The position numbers and the translations under genes were made by a program. A stretch of DNA of 64,000 nucleotides from Macrostomum lignano (taxonomy: Eukaryota): positions 744,001-808,000 of the forward strand of contig NIVC01000038.1 of the NCBI GenBank assembly GCA_002269645.1. The letters run 5' to 3'. The notes below the pieces were generated by a model. That model was given only the letters and a program-made list of their open reading frames with translations. It did no database searches and was not told where the DNA came from. Shown one piece after another: positions 23,901 through 35,200 of the stretch. Within the stretch, counting starts at the first letter, position 1; each line of letters opens with the position of its first letter.

Positions 23901-24930
23901 AAGACAATTATGATTAGCGCTCTAGGCCTTCCAGCCATTGCAAAGTTCGCAAATTGGTTAAAAAGTTTGAAAAAAAACTGAAAAATAATTTAATATAGCA
24001 AACTATAACACACTGTTATTTATCATCTAGCACCATATTTTGCATGAGGTACCAGAATCTCATAGATAGTTAACAAGCTTAAAACCAACTTGCTAATCAT
24101 AAGTTTGTAACTCATTGTCAAATCCAGAAGCAGCATTTACCAATATACTATATTAGATTATATTAGATCTATCATTATTACTAGTGTTCATTGATCCATA
24201 ACTACTAGTTATACTATTGAACTTTTTTTCTAGTTTATTGTTACATTTACTGTTATAGTTAAACAAGCCAACAAATGTTTTCAATGTTAAAGCTTAGCTT
24301 ATAGCTTAGCATATAGCTTAGCTCAAAGTTTAGCTAAATCCAAATGAAAAATGAAAAAGCCCAAAAAACAATTACATTAGCCTAGTGCCCTTTATAAATG
24401 TAGACTATGTTTATATGATTCCTTTAACAAAAATTTAGTATATTCTATAATAATGGGAAGATATCAAAAGTGAGGGGAAGTGCATGTATGTCTATACAAA
24501 TATATACTCAGCACTATTAAAAAAATTGACTATTTTGAAAAAAAAGATCTGAGAAAACTGATTGGGGTAGCTTCTATCCAGGCCTTGCACACCACTCCTC
24601 TAGTTTATTCCTCAACTCAAGTCTGGTGTGGTGTAGCTGAGTTGCATCACTGGCAAGATTGAGAGACTTTACCTGCACTCTCACAAGTGGTGACCACAGA
24701 TGGAATCTTCTGTAATATTCGATGTTGCTGAGTATACATGGAAAAAGCGAGCATGATGCAAAGTGTGCATTAAATATGACTTAATATCTTTAAAAAGCAT
24801 AGCCTATATATTAGGTATTGAAGTTGTAATGTTGATTGGGACTGCTAAAACTTGTTTCATGTGGAGCTGAAAGAAAAATTCAACAACAATCTAAATAGAC
24901 CTGTAAGTAGCAGTCAGCAGAAGTGCTTCA

Positions 24931-27900
24931 ATGTCTACTGAGGCTGAACCAGCGGCTGATGGCAACAATTCAGCTCAGGCCACAGACAAACCTGTCAAGC
25001 AGGCATCAACAACGGATGCCAGTGCGCCTAAGAAAGGCAGCAATTACAGCGGGGATAATAACAGCGAGGCTGTGAACTCCAATGACAATGAGGCTACTGC
25101 TACAGAAAAAGAATCAATAGTTGCCAAACTGAACTCAGACAGAGGCATCTCAGCCGAGCTAGCTAATCTTTTAGCCGAGTTAGTTGTCTCGCCGAATAAA
25201 ATCTTCTCGCCAGACGACTTCGACGAACGAGCGACTAACGCCGTGAAAGATTTGGACGCTGAATTTCTTCGTTCGGTAGTTGACGAACTTCTGGTTAAGG
25301 ATTATACCAATATCAGTAACAAGTCTGCCTGTCTGTGCGGTCTTGTGAAACAGATGAAGCTGAAGAGGCAACAGCAGCAGCTGGGCGATCCCGCTGATGC
25401 TAACCGACGTGGTTCCGCCGCCTCCAGTGGCGCTCCGTCGACGTCCGGCGCTTCGGCAACCGGAGCAGCTGCTGGTGCGGCGGCTGCATCAGGTGCCACC
25501 CTGTCCAAGCTGGGGCCTGACGAAGCCAAACTGAAGGAGCTGCTAGCCGAAATTAAATTCTGCCACGAGGTATGCTGCTAGTGTTTTAAGTTGGACTTTA
25601 AGTGGCATTACTGCCCATTCCGCCGACTCCCCTGAACAAGCGCGCGGATATGTACGCAGTCATACGCACAGGCACACACTCACACAGGAGTGTACAGCTT
25701 CCTTAACTTTATTTATCGTTAGGCATGTACACTTTACTGTGCCTTGGGGGTTGGGCCTCAAGGGCGTTAATTGCACGAGCAGAGCCAAAGCCGAGATTCC
25801 AATTTAGCCTCAAACTAATGCGACTGCACTGGTAATCTGAGGGCTGCGCTACACCACTAGGATACGCCCCCATGATACTAGTGTTAGTAGTGTATATCAA
25901 CAAATATAAGCGGCGCTTCATCACACGCAGGTGACGGTTGGCCAACGCCGCCTCGGGCCACCAATCGGAGCCGAGGAGCTCAAGGACAGCTCCCAGTGCG
26001 AGATATTCGTTGGCAAACTGCCAAAAGACATGTACGAGGATCGGATCTATGAGATGTTCAGACCAGTTGGTCCGATTTACGACATCCGGGTGATGGTTGA
26101 CCCTCCTACTGGCATGGGCCGGGGGTTCTGCTTCGTGTGCTACACCAGCAAGCAGGACGCCTCAAAGGCGGTCGAAAAGTTTCACGAATACGAAATTAAA
26201 CCGCAGAGACGGTTACAGGTTTGTTAATTAATCAGTACATTGTGTCCTTTCTTGTTAGCTGGCTCACTCTGTCACTCACACTGTCACTCCTGCTGTCATA
26301 CTGTCTCACCCCTGTCTCTGTCTCCCTCTGTCACTCCTGCTGTCTCACCCTGTCACTCTCATTGTCTCACTCTGTCACTACTGCTGTGTCACCCTGTGAC
26401 TCTCAATGTCTCACTCTGTCACTACTGCTTTCTCACCCTGTCACTCTCATTGTCTCACTCTGTCACTACTGCTGTCTCACCCTGTCACTCTCACTGTCTC
26501 ACTCTGTCACGCTCACTGTCACCCTGCCACGCTCACAGTCTCACCCTGTCACTGTCTCACTCTGTCACTCTCACTGTCTCACTCTGTAACACCTGCAGTC
26601 TTTCTTTCACTCTCGCTGTCTCGTTTCACTCTGTCACCAATTCCTCTCCGCACCTGTCACCCCCAGGTGAACCTGGCTACCCCGAACCTCCGCCTGTTCG
26701 TTGGCAACATACCGAAAACCCTGGACCGAGCAAAACTCATGGACGATTTCTCCCGCGTCCTTGACGGCGTTGTGGACGTGATTGTCTATGGCTCAGCTGA
26801 CGATCCCCGGAAGAAGAACCGAGGCTTCTGTTTCTTAGAATTCGACAAGCACAGCTCGGCTAGCGCAGCCCGTCGCAAGCTGATGAAATATCCCCGGGTC
26901 TGGTCGTCCGATGTCTGGGTGGACTGGGCTGACCCACTGGACGAGCCCGATCCGGACGTCATGGCCAAGGTTCGGGTGCTGTACGTGAAGAGCCTCACCA
27001 TGGATGTGACTGAGGATAAGCTGCAGGAGGTATGCGATTTTCAACTGGGATTGGGTTCTTGGAGTTAGGATTTGAATTCTTGGAATTGCGTTTTGGTTTC
27101 TTAAAATTGGGGATTTGGATTCTTAGAATTGGGGATTTGGACTCCTAGAATTGGGGATTTGGATTCTTAGAATTGGGGATTTGGATTCTTAGAATTGGGG
27201 ATTTGGATTCTTAGAATTGGGGATTTGGATTCTTAGAATTGGGGATTTGGATTCTTAGAATTGGGGATTTGGATTCTTAGAATTGGGGATTTGGATTCTT
27301 AGAATAAGGGGATTTGGATTCTTCGAATTGGGGATTTGTATTCTTAGAATTGGGGATTTTTGATTGTATATTTTGGGATTTTAAATCTTGAATTTCGGAT
27401 TTTCATTCGTAATTCTTGGGATTTCGAAGATTTAATTTTAGAATTTTCATCCTCAAATTTGATACATGTACGTCTTTTTTGTAATTTTGATTATTGAATT
27501 AGGGACATCAGGCTAACCTTATTAACTTAAGCTAAAAACCTGATTTCATCTCCGCAGGCATTCTCAGTCTACGGCCCCCTTGAACGCGTCAAGAAAGTCA
27601 AAGACTACGGCTTTGTGCACTTCGAAGAACGCGAAGACGCCCTCAGAGCCATGGAGAAGCTGGACGGCACCAGCATTGGCAATAGCGGCCCGCTCAGCGT
27701 CACCCTGGCCAAGCCTGTGTCCGAGCGAGCCAAGCAGCGCAAGGAGGAACGGCGAATGCGAAACACCGGCATGCCGCCAATGCCACCGCCTGCGGCGTCC
27801 GCCTACCCGCACCATCATCCTCAGGCTGCCTACCAGCCAGGGTTCTATTCCCAACACCAGTCCCAGCACCATCCCGGATATCATGTGAGACATTTGTTTG

Positions 27901-30849
27901 TTGTCCGCTCTTGTTCACGATCCCCATTCAGCTATTCACGATCCTTTTCAGCTATTCACGATCCTTTTCAGCTATTCACGATCCTTTTCAGCTATTCACG
28001 ATCCTTTTCAGCTATTCACGATCCTCTTTTAGCCATTCACCCCTCTGGTAAATAAAACAGATAACACCACAAGATAATTTGCGAATCTTGTCAGATTCAC
28101 TACCGATTTCCTTGTTTGAGGTGCGAAACTGGTGAAACCACCAGATTCGTCACCAGGTAATTTTAGTGTTATCTGATTTGTCTGTTATCTGGTGAGTTAT
28201 CTGAATTTCACCAGATAACATGGCCCGAATCTTGCTGAGTAATCAGATTACACGACAAGATTCGCCACCAGGTAATTTTTTGTTTTCTTCTTTGACTGTT
28301 ATCTGGTGAGTTATCTGAAATTCGCAGGATAACATGGCGCGAATCTTGTTTGAAAGACAGATAACAGTACAAGATTCGCCACCAGATAATTCTCTGTTAT
28401 CTTGTTTGATTGAATCTTGTTTGAATCGGAATTTCGCAGGATAACATGGCGCGAATCTTGTTTGAAAATCAGATAACAGTACAAGATTCGCCACGAGATA
28501 ATTCTCTGTTATCTTGTTTGATTGAATCTTGTTTGAATCGGAATTTCGCAGGATAACATGGCGCGAATCTTGTTTGAAAATCAGATAACAGTACAAGATT
28601 TAAATCGAGATAACTGTGTGTCATCTAGTCTGTAAGAAACCTGTGTGAATCTGAAATTTACCGGATAACATGATGCGAATCTGGTTTGCAAACCAGATAA
28701 TGGAAAATATTTCAATCAAGATGTGTTATCCGGTCTTTAAGACCCCGTTGTACTTTTCACCCAGATTTTTTTCCAGAATTTCGTGATCCAGACCCGATTT
28801 ATTAATTGATTTCCAAGTGAAGGCCCGGATCAGCATTTTTGGCCCGGAATAGCCCCTTTTTCCGGAAATGTGATCCTGCAAAAGTTCGGGAAAAAGGAAA
28901 GCTGTTCCGGCTGCATTTTCCAAAATTTTTCATTGTTCAACACTGCTAAATTCTGATTGTAGACCCAAATTTCAGGTTTTCCAAATGAAAATGTTCTGAA
29001 TGGGATTTCAGGAGTTCAGTCGGAATTCCTCAGTTATCTAGACCAAGTGATTCGGCAAATCCACAGGAATCAGCTCCCATGGACTCGAATCTCGATGAAG
29101 TTATGGATAAGACTGGTCTTCGCGTCTGTTGTGGCTCAAGGCAGCTCCTATGCTGACCTGCGATGGATAATAAATCCTCGCTTCTGGTGTGGCTCAAGGC
29201 AGCTTTTATAAGCTGACCTGCGATGGAAATCAATCCTCGCTTCTGTTGTGGCTCAAGGCAGCTTTTATAAGCTGACCTGCGATGGAAATCAATCCTCGCT
29301 TCTGTTGTGGCTCAAGGCAGCTTTTATAAGCTGACCTGCGATGGATAATCAATCCTCAATTCTAGTGTGGCTCAAGGCAGCTTTTATAAGCTGACCTGCG
29401 ATGGAAATCAATCCTCGCTTCTGTTGTGGCTCAAGGCAGCTGATGAGCTGACCTGCGAGGGGTAAAGTGCCATATATCAGCAAACGCTAGCGCTCGTAAT
29501 GTGAGGCCGTGCCCACCCTCCCTGCAGGTGATAGCTTTGTTGGCTCTCCGACAAACTATTGCATTCTTATGTTTCCCTGCAGGATTCGCATGAATTACCC
29601 GACTGTTACCTTGTCAACGAATCCTGTTTGCCAGACAGGATAACAAACAAGATAACAAACAGGATAACACGATGTTTCCCTGCAGGATTCGCATGAATTA
29701 CCCGACTGTTACCTTGTCAACGAATCCTGTTTGCCAGACAGGATAACAAACAAGATAACAAACAGGATAACACGATGTTTCCCTGCAGGATTCGCATGAA
29801 TTACCCGACTGTTACCTTGTCAACGAATCCTGTTTGCCAGACAGGATAACAAACAAGATAACAAACAGGATAACACGGTGTTTCCCTGCAGGATTCGCAT
29901 GAATTACCCGACTGTTATCTGGTCAGCAAATCCTTTTTGAATCTTGTTTGAAACAAGGAAACGTAAGATTTCGTCACGCAAACAAGATTCATACAAGATA
30001 ACATTTTGCATAACCGGAATAGGGCATGTTATCTTGTTTGAGCGAATGTTATCTTGTGGTGTTATCTGGTTTATTTACCAGAGGGACAATTCCCCATTCA
30101 GCCGTTCACGATTTCATTCAGCCAATCACAATCCTCATTTAGTTATTCACGATCCCCATTCAGCCATTCACGATCCTCATTTAGCCATTCTCAATTCCCA
30201 ATCAGCCGTTTGCGATTTACATTAAGTCATTCACAGTCCTTATTCGGCTATTCACGATCCCTATTCAACCATTCGCGATTTACATTCGCCATTCACAATC
30301 CCATTCACCAATGCTCTTCTGTCTTCACAGGGCATCCCGCCAGCTGGCGCTCCGTGGGCCGCAAGCGGAGGCTACGGGCCCAGCTCCAACGCCCACCATC
30401 AGCAGCAGCAGCAACAGGCCTACGCTCCCACCGGCACACCCGGTGATCAGAGCACCTGGTCTGTACCTGGTGACCAGCAGCTGTACTATCAGCATCTGCC
30501 AGCTATGCCTTATCAGCCTCCCTATCCTCATCAGCTGGCTTCCCCACCGCCACCGCCGCCGCCTCCGTTCCAGCAGCAACAACAGGCGCAGCCTCCTCAG
30601 ATGATGCAGCATCCAGTTCCTCCTACTGGCAGGCTTCAGCGAGGTGGTCGAGCCTATTCGCAAAGCCAGCTGCCTCTGCAGCAACAGCAGCAGCAGCAGG
30701 CTCCCATGCCCAGTATGAGAGGCCACAGAGGCGGCGGCAGACCACCTTACGGTCGGAACGGCGGTCGCGGTGGCCTAGGTTCGAACTCGCGACCTCCTGC
30801 TCCTCTTCCTCAGCAGCAGCAGCAGCCGCCTCCTTACCAGAATTCTTAA
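24931..30849 (+). CDS. SYNCRIP: heterogeneous nuclear ribonucleoprotein R/Q (SYNCRIP-like), 5 coding exons, about 711 aa
   Basis: Exons 24931-25569, 25931-26218, 26667-27029, 27558-27884 and 30331-30849, all joined by GT-AG phase-0 introns. Acidic N-terminal domain (NKSACLCGLVK), VTVGQRRLGPP, three RRMs (EIFVGKLPKD..GRGFCFV; RLFVGNIPK..NRGFCFLEF; VLYVKSL..VKDYGFVHF), and a Q/P-rich tail with RGG-like motifs. Orthology to R versus Q cannot be resolved by eye. Confidence 0.93.
26250..26660. repeat. degenerate CTGTCACTCT-type minisatellite filling SYNCRIP intron 2
   Basis: Repeated CTGTCAC/CTGTCTCAC motifs run up to the acceptor at 26666. Confidence 0.85.
27105..27360. repeat. 22-bp minisatellite in SYNCRIP intron 3
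   Basis: Unit TTGGGGATTTGGATTCTTAGAA, period 22. Confidence 0.95.
29095..29460. repeat. 59-60-bp tandem repeat, about 6 copies, inside the intron-4 transposon
   Basis: GCTGACCTG recurs at 29152, 29212, 29271, 29330 and 29390. Confidence 0.93.
29571..29920. repeat. 103-bp tandem repeat, about 3.4 copies, inside the intron-4 transposon
   Basis: GTTTCCCTGCAGG recurs at 29571, 29674, 29777 and 29880. Confidence 0.93.
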
Positions 30850-32278
30850 TGCCACGTTTGCAGTTTAAACTGCTAGCTTATATTTGTCTGAAGTGTTTTC
30901 AGTTTTGTTGGTGCTTGCCCCAAATCCCAGATGCTCCATTGTATGCTCAGCCCCCCCACCCCACTGTGTCCCAGTGAGTTGTCACCAAGCCGTGCCTATT
31001 GACTCTGTCACAAGCCCTAGCTAATGAACTCCATTTGAAGCCCTATTGCGCGTGACCAATTTTGAGTTTATTGATTTTTACTCGTACTACAGCTGATATA
31101 TTTCTCTGTTTTTTGGGTAGAAATTAACTGACCACACGACTCAGAGCTCAGCTCCACAGTTTGTTTGTTGTCTTTTTTTGCTTGTTTGTTTTTTTCTATC
31201 TGTCTGTCTCTATGCTTATTTTATCATCTGCTTGCTTATCTGTGCTCACTTGTGCCAGTAAAAACTGTACAGACTGCGCGTTGACATTAATTAACTAATA
31301 AATTAATGAGAGAATTGCAGTGACAACAGGGCAGGGTTAACACACTTAAAATGAGAAGAAATTAATGCTCAACCGGTCCTCGACCTTAGCAGTGCCAGTT
31401 GACAATATCATTAGCTTCCTTAATTGTTGACCGGTGTAAATTCCTGTGTTTTCGATACATATCGGCAAAGTAGATCCTATAATGATGGCTAATTCTTTCT
31501 GATGTCTGTCAATCTTCTACTTGATCCCCTCTTTCTCAAATCCCAATTCTCAAAGTCCATCACTTATCCAACTAGAAATCGCAAGGTGAAAAAACGTGTG
31601 CTGTTTGTTTTTTAAATCGCTAGAAAAACGCTTGTTATGCTACTTGTATCTTCAGTAGTAATAGTAGTATAGTAGAACTCAAAAAATATGAATTTTGCGC
31701 TTCAAAATTATTTATTCAGCTTTTTTTCTAAAAGCCTAATTGGCTTTATCTGTTTTGTGTTTTTAAAATTAAAAATAACCTTTTGTCATTCTAAATAAAA
31801 GTTTCCTTTAGAACTGTTGTTTTGTTTTGTTTGTGCGTTAGTCTGCGTTTGCCGTGACTTTTTATATTATTTAGAAAGCTAAACAAGAAGTTGTTAATTG
31901 TTAAATCAAAAACTTTTCTCTCCGAATTTCCATCTTGTCTACCCTCCCCTATTTCCCGCTTTTTTGCTGTTTGTTCGCGCAATTCTCTGCTTTCCACTGC
32001 GTGCACTACCGCTTCTGAGCTCCACCTTGGGCCGATAGCCACTTTTGGATCCGACAATGTCAGTTCATCCTGACTCGAACCCCGGCACCCCACTGCTCTC
32101 TGCCTCTCTGTCTCTTGTTGATCTTGAACCTGGTTTCCTAATTTATCTGTAATAAGTATTTATAATATACCTATACATATTTATATAATATGAATTGTGC
32201 TTCTGCCAGACTGCTTCAAAATTTCTTTTATGTGCAAAACACTGTTTTTTTTATTTTTTAACTGTCATGTTCACCATT

Positions 32279-35200
32279 CCCAGATTCTCAGTTGCTGGGC
32301 CAGCCTCCCAGATCCTCAGTTCCTGGGCCAGCCTCCCAGATCCTCAGTTCCTGGGCCAGCCTCCCAGATCCTCAGTTCCTGGGCCAGCCTCCCAGATCCT
32401 CCGTTCCTGGGCCAGCCTCCCAGATCCTCAGTTCCTGGGCCAGCCTCCCAGATCCTCAGTTCCTGGGCCAGCCTCCCAGATCCTCAGTTCCTGGGCCAGC
32501 CTCCCAGATCCTCAGTTCCTGGGCCAGCCTCCCAGATCCTCAGTTCCTGGGCCAGCCTCCCAGATCCTCCGTTCCTGGGCCAGCCTCCCAGATCCTCAGT
32601 TCCTGGGCCAGCCTCCCAGATCCTCAGTTCCTGGGCCAGCCTCCCAGATCCTCAGTTCCTGGGCCAGCCTCCCAGATCCTCAGTTCCTGGGCCAGCCTCC
32701 CAGATCCTCAGTTGCTGGGTCAGCCTCCCAGATCCTCAGTTGCTGGACCAGCCTCCCAGATCCTCAGTTGCTGGGCCAGCCTTTCAGATCCTCAGTTGCT
32801 GGACCAGCCTTTCAGATCCTCATCAGTTGCTAGGCCAGCCTCCCAGATCCTCAGTTGCTGGGCCAGCCTCCCAGATTTTCAGTTGCTGGGCCAGCCTCCC
32901 AGATCCTCAGTTGCTGGGTCAGCCTCCCAGATCTTCAGTTGCTGGACCAGCCTTTCAGATCCTCATCAGTTGCTAGGCCAGCCTCCCAGATCCTCAGTTG
33001 CCTGGCCAGCCTCCCAGATCCTCATCAGTTGCTAGGCCAGCCTCCCAGATCCTCAGTTGCTTGGCCAGTCTCCCAGATTCTCAGTTGCTGGGCCAGCCTC
33101 CCAGATTCTCAGTTGCTGGGCCAGCCTTTCAGATCCTCATCAGTTGCTAGGCCAGCCTTCCAGATCCTCAGTTGCTGGGCCAGCCTCCTAGATCCTCAGT
33201 TGCTGGACCAGCCTTTAAGATCCTCATCAGTTGCTAGGCCAGCCTCTCAGATCCTCAGTTGCCTGGCCAGCCTCCCAGATCCTCATCAGTTGCTGGGCCA
33301 GCCTCCCAGATCCTCAGTTGCGGGACCAGCCTCCCAGATCCTCAGTTGTTGGGTCAGCCTCCCAGATCCTCAGTTGGTTGGCCAGCCTCCCAGATCCTCA
33401 GTTGCTAGGCCAGCCTCCCAGATCCTCAGTTGCTGGGCCACAGCCTCCCAGATCCTCATCAGTTGCCTGGCCAGCCTCCCAGATCCTCATCAGTTGCCTG
33501 GCCAGCCTCCCAGATCCTCATCAGTTGCCTGGCCAGCCTCCCAGATCCTCATCAGTTGACTGGCCAGCCTCCCAGATCCTCATCAGTTGCCTGGCCAGCC
33601 TCCCAGATCCTCATCAGTTGCCTGGCCAGCCTCCCAGATCCTCATCAGTTGCCTGGCCAGCCTCCCAGATCCTCATCAGTTGCCTGGCCAGCCTCCCAGA
33701 TCCTCATCAGTTGCCTGGCCAGCCTCCCAGATCCTCATCAGTTGCCTGGCCAGCCTCCCAGATCCTCATCAGTTGCCTGGCCAGCCTCCCAGATCCTCAT
33801 CAGTTGCCTGGCCAGCCTCCCAGATCCTCATCAGTTGCCTGGCTAGCCTCCCAGATCCTCATCAGTTGCCTGGCCAGCCTCCCAGATCCTCATCAGTTGC
33901 CTGGCCAGCCTCCCAGATCCTCATCAGTTGCCTGGCCAGCCTCCCAGATCCTCATCAGTTTCCTGGCCAGCCTCCCAGATCCTCATCAGTTTCCTGGCCA
34001 GCCTCCCAGATCCTCATCAGTTGCCTGGCCAGCCTCCCAGATCCTCATCAGTTGCCTGGCCAGCCTCCCAGATCCTCATCCGTTTCCTGGCCAGCCTCCC
34101 AGATCCTCATCAGTTTCCTGGCCAGCCTCCCAGATCCTCATCAGTTGTCTGGCCAGCCTCCCAGATCCTCATCAGTTGCCTGGCCAGCGTCCCAGATCCT
34201 CAGTTGCTGGGCCAGCCTCCCAGATTTTCAGTTGCTGGGCCAGCCTCCCAGATCCTCAGTTGCTGGGCCAGCCTCCCAGATTCTCAGTTGCTGGGCCAGC
34301 CTTTCAGATCCTCATCAGTTGCTAGGCCAGCCTTCCAGATCCTCAGTTGCTGGGCCAGCCTCCTAGATCCTCAGTTGCTGGACCAGCCTTTCAGATCCTC
34401 ATCAGTTGCTAGGCCAGCCTCTCAGATCCTCAGTTGCCTGGCCAGCCTCCCAGATCCTCATCAGTTGCTGGGCCAGCCTCCCAGATCCTCAGTTGCGGGA
34501 CCAGCCTCCCAGATCCTCAGTTGGTTGGCCAGCCTCCCAGATCCTCAGTTGCTAGGCCAGCCTCCCAGATCCTCAGTTGCTGGGCCACAGCCTCCCAGAT
34601 CCTCATCAGTTGCCTGGCCAGCCTCCCAGATCCTCATCAGTTGCCTGGCCAGCCTCCCAGATCCTCATCAGTTGCCTGGCCAGCCTCCCAGATCCTCATC
34701 AGTTGCCTGGCCAGCCTCCCAGATCCTCATCAGTTTCCTGGCCAGCCTCCCAGATCCTCATCAGTTGCCTGGCCAGCCTCCCAGATCCTCATCAGTTTCC
34801 TGGCCAGCCTCCTAGATCCTCATCAGTTTCCTGGCCAGCCTCCCAGATCCTCATCAGTTGCCTGGCCAGCCTCCCAGATCCTCATCAGTTTCCTGGCCAG
34901 CCTCCCAGATCCTCATCAGTTTCCTGGCCAGCCTCCCAGATCCTCATCAGTTGCCTGGCCAGCCTCCCAGATCCTCATCAGTTGCCTGGCCAGCCTCCCA
35001 GATCCTCATCAGTTTCCTGGCCAGCCTCCCAGATCCTCATCAGTTGCCTGGCCAGCCTCCCAGATCCTCATCAGTTGCCTGGCCAGCCTCCCAGATCCTC
35101 ATCAGTTGCCTGGCCAGCCTCCCAGATCCTCATCAGTTGCCTGGCCAGCCTCCCAGATCCTCAGTTCCTGGGCCAGCCTCCCAGATCCTCAGTTGCTGGG

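Larger units (their letters stand above)
28041..30085. mobile_element. 2045-bp non-autonomous TIR transposon in SYNCRIP intron 4
   Basis: TIR CCCTCTGGTAAATAAA(A/C)CAGATAACACCACAAGATAA at both ends, with a 2-bp TSD (AC). It splits a CCATTCACGAT-type minisatellite that continues on both flanks. Confidence 0.85.

Noticed and set aside
29440-29470. CTGATGAG in the last 59-bp unit as a possible hammerhead core
   Set aside because: There is no stem II followed by GAAA downstream.
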